A stretch of DNA of 64,000 nt from Rhodothermales bacterium. Lineage in GTDB: Bacteria > Bacteroidota > Rhodothermia > Rhodothermales > JANQRZ01. Under the pieces are notes generated by a model. It did not search any database. It saw nothing but the letters and a program-made list of their open reading frames with translations, and was not told the DNA's origin. The stretch is taken from NCBI GenBank assembly GCA_038232935.1, contig JBBSMX010000004.1, forward strand, positions 2,512 through 66,511, read 5' to 3'. Of the stretch, positions 57,978 through 64,000 are shown piece after piece. Position numbers and translations under genes: made by a program. The number at the start of each line of letters is the position of its first letter. Position 1 is the first letter of the stretch.

Positions 57978-60900
57978 CTACCTCAGCAGGGTAATCCGGC
58001 GCGTGAGCACCTCGCCCGGCGTCTCCGCTCGGAGGAGGTACACGCCGGAGGGGAGGCTACGGCCACCGAAGCCGAAGCGATGCGTCCCGGCCTCGCGCGG
58101 TCCCTCGGCGAGCGTCGCCACCCGGCGGCCGAGCACGTCGTAGACCGTGAGGTGCACCTCACCGTCGCGCGGCAGCGTGAGAGCCACCGTTGCGGCTCCC
58201 GCCGACGGATTCGGATATGCCGCCAGCGACACCCCCGCCGCATCAGGCAGGACAGCATCGGTTCCCCGAGCGAGTGCTTCCAGCCCAGCCCCCCGCGCGC
58301 GCTCACCGCTTCCGGCACGCTCGGCGTAGACCGAAGCGAGGTCGAGCAGCACCTCGTCCAGCCCGCTCTCCGGCTCCCCGTTCGCCGCCTCCTCAGCCGC
58401 TACGGCTGCCACGAGCGCCGCGGCCTCGGCGTAGCGCCCCGCCCCCGCTTCGAGGTGGGCTTCCACGAGCGAGAGCACCCGGCCGACCCCGCCGCCCTCC
58501 ACCGGCAGCGCGAGGAGCTCCCGCGCGCCCTCGTGCTCGCCCCGCGTCAGAAGCTCGACGGCCTCGACTTCGAGCGCGGCCTCGGCCGTCGCCCGCAGCA
58601 GAGCCGGGAGGTTCGGATTGTTCAGCCGGGCGCGGAGGCTGCGGAGCTGCCCCCACGAGGCGGCGCGCTCGCCCGTCTCGTCGTCCCGGTCGCGGCGGTG
58701 GAGCGCCGCGAGGGTACGGACGAGACCGGGGGCGACCTCCGCCGCCGGGTCCGCCACGAGCGCCGCACGGGTCGCCCGGATCAACGCACGGAGTGCTGCA
58801 CGCTCGCCGCGCTGCTGCTCCGTGCCGGAGGCATCACGTCCTGAGAGTGCGAGCGTGCCGGTGCTCGTCCGGCTCGCCGTGAGGCATTCGGGCGGCGAAA
58901 CCGTGTAGTCGCAGTCCGAGGCCACCCCCACCTTGATGACGCCGCCGGTGAGGGCACCGGCGGGCGGTCCGCCCACATGGTCCCAGTACGTGTTCCCCGC
59001 GTAGATCGTCGCCCCGGAGTTGTTGGCGATGAAGACGCCGCTGTCGTCGTAGATCGAGTTGCGCCCGTCGTCGTCAGCGGTCCCCAGAGACCCGATGAAG
59101 GCCGTCCCGCCGGAGGCGATGGCGACCTCGCTCCCCGTGTTGCCCGCCACGCGGTTCACGCCGTAGGGCTGAGGGTTATTCGATTTCATCTGGAGATCGC
59201 CGCCCGCGAGGACCCAGATCCCGGCCTTGTTGGTGCCGAAGCCGCCCGCCACCCCATTCCCTTCGAGGATGTTGTGGTCGAACGGGTCCACGGTCGCGTC
59301 GGAGAGGCGGAGGCCGGAGAGCCCGTTCCCGCTCATCACCGTCTCCTGAATAACCGCGTCGGCCGAGATCGCGTAGACGCCGTTGCCGGTGTTGCCGTTC
59401 ACGAACGAGTCGAGAAGGGTGAACGTGCTGCGGCACGCGCCGAAGCAGAAGACGCCCCCGCCAATCGTCTCGGGAATCCCGCTCCGAATGCCGGTCCCGT
59501 TCTGCTCCACCGTCGAGCCAGCGATGACCGTGCCGTCGTTGGAGAGCACGTCGATACCAACGGTATTGTCGCGGATCGTCGAGTTCGCAATCGTGGCCGT
59601 GCCGGGGTCGTAGACCGTGACCCCCACCGTCGCGTGCTCGATAGTGGCGTCATCGAGGTCGAGCGTGCCATCTGCGGCAATACCTCCCCACCCCTGCCCC
59701 GCGTCGCGCTCGGTGAACGTGGTACCGTCCGCGTTGAGCGTGCCCTCCACGATGAGGCGGGTGCCCGGTGCGAACGCGAGCGTGACATCTCCCAGGTCCC
59801 ACGTCTCCCCGGCCGGAATCGTCACATCCTGGGCGAGCGTGCCGCCGTAGAGCTCCAGCGTCTGCACGAGCGCCTGATACGCGTTCACTCGACCGTTCCC
59901 CGCCCACCGTGGGTGGTAGCTGGGGTCGTAGTCCGCCGTCTGCTTGATGAGATCCGTGACCTGGGTCACGGAGAGATCCGGGTTGATCGCTAGGATGAGT
60001 GTGGCGATACCTGCGACCTGTGGGGCCGCGGCGGAGGTCTTGCTAAAGTTAGAGGTGTAACCGTCATCGACAGTTATCGTGGTAACAAAGAGCAGGCCCC
60101 CACTGCTTGGAGCGACTACGTCAGCCCTTCGCTCCCCGCTCGGAAAGACTTGGGGAGAATATGGGCCGCGGTTGTTCTCGCTCGTTACGCCCCCGACGGC
60201 AATCACGCCAGGCAGCAAAGCAGGGAACGCTATGAAGTCGGGTCCAGCCGTCTCCCCGTTGTTGCCTGCTGCAGCTACCATCACGATTCCTTTTCCGCCG
60301 CGCCCGTCTTCGAGCGCCCGTTCAAAGGCCGCTGCAACGTCGTCGTTATAGACACCAGGGAATCTGGTGCCCCAACTGTGGTTCATGACATCTGCCCCTC
60401 GCACACGCGCAGTGTCAATAGCGGCGGCAATTTCCCTGAAAGGAGCGAAAACGTCGCTCTGGATAGCAATCGGGAGGATTCGTGTCTTCTCGGATACGCC
60501 CCGCACCCCAATAGTGTTGAAGTCGGCTGCGGCGAGACCGGCAACATTTTGACCGTGGACGGCCCCTTTCCTCGGGGAGCCGTCACCGCCGCCTAAGGCC
60601 GGGGCCGTCCAGCCGTTTGCGAGCCGCTGTCCAGGTTCGAAGTCCATATGGTCTTCCACCCCGGAGTCGACGATCGCGGCCGTTACGGAGGCGCTTCCCG
60701 TCGTGATGCCCCAGGCGAGGTCGGCGTCGATGTCTACATCAGGGGTAATCCCGGACTGACCCGTGTTCTCGAGGTGCCACTGGTTGGGATAGAGGGGGTC
60801 GTCGATACTCCCTCCGCTGAAACTGGCGCTCGGCATGACGGGGCTGAGGCTCGGCGCGGCCAGGGAGAACGAGGGTTCGCTCTGGAGCGAGAGGTCAGCG

Positions 60901-61475
60901 TAGGCGTCGGGCACAGCCCATTCGGTCAGGCTATCGGTGTAGTAGGCGTTCGCCACCTCCAGCGTGCTGTACGCCGCACCGGCCGGCACGCCGAGGGTGT
61001 AGACCGAGGAGCCGTCAGCGAACGTGCCGGAGTCGACGGTCTGGACGCCGTACTGGGCGTTGAGCCCGGACACCTGAGCCGCCGTCACGCCGGGGCCGAA
61101 CCCGGCGCGGACGTAGTCGGTGATCGTGAACCGCATGGTGCCGGTGCCCACGTAATAATCCGGGTGGTAGCGGGCTACCGATGTACTAGCGTCTAGTAGA
61201 GATTCGGCCTCGCCCTCCGTCAGCCCGCTCGCCGCGTCCACGACGTAGAAGTCTCGCGGGAGCACTTCGAGAACGGAGAAGTCCGATCCCAGCGCCTGCG
61301 CGAGGGCGGTCTCATCCACACCGGATGCCGCCTCCACGACGTACTGCCCATCTATAGGCGTGAGGGCAATCTGCCCTCCGCCCGACCAGTAATACTGCGC
61401 GAGGGGAGTCGGGGCGGCGGCGCAGAGGAGGAACGCGGTCAGAATGTATAGTAACGGTCGGGGGGGGCGCTTCAT
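57978..61475 (-). CDS. S8 subtilisin-like serine peptidase with beta-helix region, TPR-like region and T9SS CTD
   Basis: Signal peptide MKRPPRPLLYILTAFLLCAAAPTPLAQ. Catalytic triad blocks AIVDSGV (Asp), HGQNVAGLAAA (His), KTSAAAPQVAGIA (Ser). CTD YPNPSAGAATVALTL..VYLLRAETPGEVLTRRITLLR. The ORF is open to 61568. Confidence 0.88.
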   Translation of the reverse strand: MKRPPRPLLYILTAFLLCAAAPTPLAQYYWSGGGQIALTPIDGQYVVEAASGVDETALAQALGSDFSVLEVLPRDFYVVDAASGLTEGEAESLLDASTSVARYHPDYYVGTGTMRFTITDYVRAGFGPGVTAAQVSGLNAQYGVQTVDSGTFADGSSVYTLGVPAGAAYSTLEVANAYYTDSLTEWAVPDAYADLSLQSEPSFSLAAPSLSPVMPSASFSGGSIDDPLYPNQWHLENTGQSGITPDVDIDADLAWGITTGSASVTAAIVDSGVEDHMDFEPGQRLANGWTAPALGGGDGSPRKGAVHGQNVAGLAAADFNTIGVRGVSEKTRILPIAIQSDVFAPFREIAAAIDTARVRGADVMNHSWGTRFPGVYNDDVAAAFERALEDGRGGKGIVMVAAAGNNGETAGPDFIAFPALLPGVIAVGGVTSENNRGPYSPQVFPSGERRADVVAPSSGGLLFVTTITVDDGYTSNFSKTSAAAPQVAGIATLILAINPDLSVTQVTDLIKQTADYDPSYHPRWAGNGRVNAYQALVQTLELYGGTLAQDVTIPAGETWDLGDVTLAFAPGTRLIVEGTLNADGTTFTERDAGQGWGGIAADGTLDLDDATIEHATVGVTVYDPGTATIANSTIRDNTVGIDVLSNDGTVIAGSTVEQNGTGIRSGIPETIGGGVFCFGACRSTFTLLDSFVNGNTGNGVYAISADAVIQETVMSGNGLSGLRLSDATVDPFDHNILEGNGVAGGFGTNKAGIWVLAGGDLQMKSNNPQPYGVNRVAGNTGSEVAIASGGTAFIGSLGTADDDGRNSIYDDSGVFIANNSGATIYAGNTYWDHVGGPPAGALTGGVIKVGVASDCDYTVSPPECLTASRTSTGTLALSGRDASGTEQQRGERAALRALIRATRAALVADPAAEVAPGLVRTLAALHRRDRDDETGERAASWGQLRSLRARLNNPNLPALLRATAEAALEVEAVELLTRGEHEGARELLALPVEGGGVGRVLSLVEAHLEAGAGRYAEAAALVAAVAAEEAANGEPESGLDEVLLDLASVYAERAGSGERARGAGLEALARGTDAVLPDAAGVSLAAYPNPSAGAATVALTLPRDGEVHLTVYDVLGRRVATLAEGPREAGTHRFGFGGRSLPSGVYLLRAETPGEVLTRRITLLR

Positions 61476-61577
61476 GAGGGTACCTCGTTGGGCTGATGGA
61501 CGAAGCGGCGTAGGGCTATGGCGCGGGCTTCGGTGCAAGTGCCACTTCGGGTGTCGTGGGTCATTCAATCGTTCTTC

Positions 61578-61606
61578 ACACTACGCAGAAAACCTGACGA
61601 AGTCAA
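61578..61606 (-). promoter_or_regulatory. Candidate sigma-70-like promoter for the S8 peptidase operon
   Basis: The minus strand reads TTGACT-N17-TAGTGT, about 100 nt upstream of the ATG at 61475. The promoter consensus of this lineage is unknown. Confidence 0.3.
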
Positions 61607-61707
61607 ATACAGGACAACAGGAGCCGTAGTTGTGACCGGAACAGTCCACCCTCGGCGGCCTACTCCGTGCGCCCGGCAGATTGCTGAGGCTGCCAGATAT
61701 ACGCTCC

Positions 61708-63879
61708 TCAGAAGCGGTAGCGGAGCTGGAGGGCGAGGTCGCGCACGCGGCTGCCCTCGACCTCGCCGAGCCCGCTGCTGATCGTGCGGCGGTCCTCGAA
61801 CCGCGTCTCGGCCAGCTTCACCCGGAGGTCGAGTCCCTCGAACCGGCCGCGTGGCTTGAACGTCACCATCGCGTAGGCCCGCGTGCCGCGCCCGTAGAGC
61901 AGTGTGTTGGCGAAGACGCCGAGCAGGTCGTTCTCGAACTGGTAGAGCCGGGCGTCGTAACTCTCGGTGTCGAAGAACGTGAGGCGCGTGTCGAGCCGGA
62001 GTGTTTGGGTGAACTGCCAGCGGACGTCCTGGAAGAGGAGCACGCCGGTCTCGACCGGCCCGTCGTCCTCCCGGTAGCGGGAGCCCTCGACGCGGGTGCG
62101 GAAGCGGAGGTCGCGACTGGCTTCGTACTCGCCCTGCACGCGGAGGCTCTGCCGTGTCTCCGGCACGAGGCCCGAGAGCACGGCTCCCGTCGGCTGCGCG
62201 AAGTCGGCGCTGGTCTCGCGCGTTTCGGTGCGGCCCTGCACGTAGAGCGTGATCCACCGGCGCGGCTTGTGCTCGACGTAGAGGAGCGCTTCGTGGCCCG
62301 TCGAGGGGCGGGGGATCGTGAAGCGCACCCACGGGAAGCGGTACTGGTCGAAGTAGCCCGAGACGACCCACGCCTTGGCAGGACGGAGGCCGAGGCCGAG
62401 GTAAAGCCCCGTCTCGTTCTGACTTACGCCGTTCCGCTCGCCGAAGGCGTAGCCGTGGAGCGAGACGAAGTCGCGCGGGTAATGGCGGGCGACCACGACG
62501 GCTTCGAGCCGGCCCAAACTCGCCTCGGCTCCGGCGAGGCCCGCGAACACACCGTTCGTCTGCGCGACCTCGCCGAAGAGCTGGAAGTCGCTGAGGAACA
62601 CGCTCGCGTACGCGCTCGCCGTCGTCACGTCGTCGCCGCTGAAATCGAACCGCTCGTAGGGGCGAGGACCGGGCGCGAGCGGGTTGTCGAACCGGGCGTT
62701 GTAGCCGACCACGCCGACCGTCGCGCGGTCGAGCCGGTACTCGATGCCGCCGCCGAAGAGGGTTTCGCCGAGGGCATCTTTCTTCGCGATCTCGCCGGGG
62801 GTGCGGTGGAGGCCGTCGGCGGCGAGGCCGGCCACGGTCGCATCCGTGATCGGGGCCTCGACGTCGGTCGTGTCCACGTCATTGAACGAGGCGTCGAGCG
62901 TGCGGCGGCTGCCGAAGGCCGTGGCGTAGAGGGCAGGCGTGACGGCGACCGTCGCGGCGGCCCCGCGGAAGAACTGGTTCTCGTCGGTCGAACCGTAGGG
63001 CCGGATCCCGCGCCCGCGCTTGACGAGCGGCCGGACCGACTCCCTCCCTTTGCCGAAGCCAGCGGCGCGCCAGAGCGCGAGCCCCTGCCCGAACTCGGCC
63101 ACGTAGTCTCCCACGACGAGCGACTCGATCCGGCCGATGCGGAGGGCGGCGAGGTGGAAAGAGGCGAAGTCGTAGCCGTAGCTGCCGATGCCGGGGTCGA
63201 ACGTGAAGGGCTCGCCGGGGTCTTTTTCGAGGGTGACGTTCGCGCTGAGGTTGCGGCGGAAGCTGGCTCGGACGCGGGTGTAGATCCGCTCGGGCGAGCC
63301 GGCGTAGCGCGTCGGCGCGTCGGGGTCATCGGCGAGGCTGTCGGGCAGGGCGTCGTACCCCCGGCCGAGGTCGAGGCGGCGCGTGACGCGCTGGAGCACT
63401 TCGACGCGGGCGTTCGCGCGGACCTCAGCGAAGCTCGGGACCTCGGGGTAGCGCGACGCCTCGGGCGCGGTGCGCGGGAGCGGCAGGCCGATGGAGAGGT
63501 ACGGCCGGGCTTCGAGGTAGGTGTTCGGGTCGATGCCCTCGACGGCGCGCAGCTCCGGGATCGAGCGGAAGAGCCCGTTCTCCTCGCGGAAGCGGACGAT
63601 GTCGCGGGCGATGAGGGGCGAAAACGAGGGGACCTGCGCCAGATCTTCGGCCGAGGCGCGGTTGACGTCGAGCGGGTTCTCGCGGAGGTCTTCGAGCAGC
63701 TCCAGCAGTTCGGTCGGGTCGCCGGAGATCTCGTCGTCGGAGAGGTTTTCCAGTACGGCCTCCTCCGTCTGATCCGTGTCGGTGGTATCGGCCGGGACCT
63801 CCTGCGCGAGCACGGCCGGCGCGAGGAGGAAGAGGAGTAGAGGGAGAGCGGGGGAAAGGAAGGGGGGGAGGGGACGCAT
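61708..63879 (-). CDS. Helix-hairpin-helix (ComEA-like) domain protein with large OM beta-barrel-like body
   Basis: Signal peptide MRPLPPFLSPALPLLLFLLAPAVLAQ. HhH region LDVNRASAEDLAQVPSFSPLIARDIVRFREENGLFRSIPELRAVEGI. Beta-rich body ending ..LQLRYRF. The ORF is open to 63975. Confidence 0.8.
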   Translation of the reverse strand: MRPLPPFLSPALPLLLFLLAPAVLAQEVPADTTDTDQTEEAVLENLSDDEISGDPTELLELLEDLRENPLDVNRASAEDLAQVPSFSPLIARDIVRFREENGLFRSIPELRAVEGIDPNTYLEARPYLSIGLPLPRTAPEASRYPEVPSFAEVRANARVEVLQRVTRRLDLGRGYDALPDSLADDPDAPTRYAGSPERIYTRVRASFRRNLSANVTLEKDPGEPFTFDPGIGSYGYDFASFHLAALRIGRIESLVVGDYVAEFGQGLALWRAAGFGKGRESVRPLVKRGRGIRPYGSTDENQFFRGAAATVAVTPALYATAFGSRRTLDASFNDVDTTDVEAPITDATVAGLAADGLHRTPGEIAKKDALGETLFGGGIEYRLDRATVGVVGYNARFDNPLAPGPRPYERFDFSGDDVTTASAYASVFLSDFQLFGEVAQTNGVFAGLAGAEASLGRLEAVVVARHYPRDFVSLHGYAFGERNGVSQNETGLYLGLGLRPAKAWVVSGYFDQYRFPWVRFTIPRPSTGHEALLYVEHKPRRWITLYVQGRTETRETSADFAQPTGAVLSGLVPETRQSLRVQGEYEASRDLRFRTRVEGSRYREDDGPVETGVLLFQDVRWQFTQTLRLDTRLTFFDTESYDARLYQFENDLLGVFANTLLYGRGTRAYAMVTFKPRGRFEGLDLRVKLAETRFEDRRTISSGLGEVEGSRVRDLALQLRYRF

Positions 63880-63978
63880 CGGCGAGCGGAGCAGGGAGGA
63901 GGGCGTTTCCCGTTCCCTCGTTCGCCCGCTCTCCCAATCTCCCATTCTCCCTGTCACCCTTTCTTTCATTCTCAAACC

Positions 63979-64000
63979 TCAGAACTGCACGCCGAAGCCG
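63979..64000 (-). CDS. 3' end of a further minus-strand gene (probable OM protein), truncated by window edge
   Basis: The reverse complement reads ..GFGVQF-stop, a typical OMP C-terminus. Only 22 nt are visible. Confidence 0.25.

Noticed and set aside
49402-61707. Calling the repeat-bracketed segments a mobile element or genomic island with an integrase.
   Set aside because: No integrase, transposase, relaxase or phage gene is recognisable in either segment. Only the repeat structure is reported, as a finding rather than a mobile_element feature.

Overview
High-GC bacterial chromosomal segment; typical lines count about 67% GC by hand. Seven ORFs end in T9SS type-A C-terminal sorting domains, so the host is probably a Bacteroidota/Rhodothermota-type organism (inference). 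Every gene from nt 1 to 49179 is on the + strand.
(1) nt 1-17708: a proteobacterial-style (T6SS-i) core cluster, tssK-tssL-tssM-tagF-tssA-tssB-tssC-hcp-tssE-tssF-tssG-clpV. No tssJ is seen in the window.
(2) nt 17759-29013: spike/cargo module. It runs vgrG1 (compositionally foreign, long Lys-rich C-terminal extension), PAAR, vgrG2, a short Rhs/YD-repeat protein with no recognisable toxin boundary, a pentapeptide-repeat protein, and a DUF2169 adaptor.
(3) nt 29031-35539: a single-chain TssB-TssC fusion paralogue, an FHA-TM-lytic-transglycosylase fusion, a PP2C phosphatase, and a PpkA-like Ser/Thr kinase with PEGA ectodomains.
(4) nt 35622-40843: four tightly packed envelope proteins (two TPR + CsgG-like proteins, one T9SS cargo protein, one OM beta-barrel). 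A perfect 13-bp-stem intrinsic terminator at 40871-40909 closes this array.
(5) nt 40973-49179: a stress/redox signalling block of USP, REC-thioredoxin-reductase fusion, Kef/RCK/glutaredoxin-like fusion, zf-UBP protein, cNMP-binding histidine kinase, DUF892 protein and SDR.
(6) nt 49329-61707: a variable region of six T9SS cargo genes: a frameshifted M43 metallopeptidase, an Asp-box propeller, an unknown protein, two tandem paralogues and an S8 peptidase. It is punctuated by two truncated direct copies of the 3' end of the intact helix-hairpin-helix OM gene at 61708-63879.
The most unusual items are the fused sheath paralogue, the FHA-lytic transglycosylase fusion, the toxin-less Rhs + pentapeptide + DUF2169 module, the roughly 33% GC patch inside vgrG1, and the triplicated gene-3'-end repeats. 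No tRNA, rRNA, CRISPR array, integrase or transposase was recognised.
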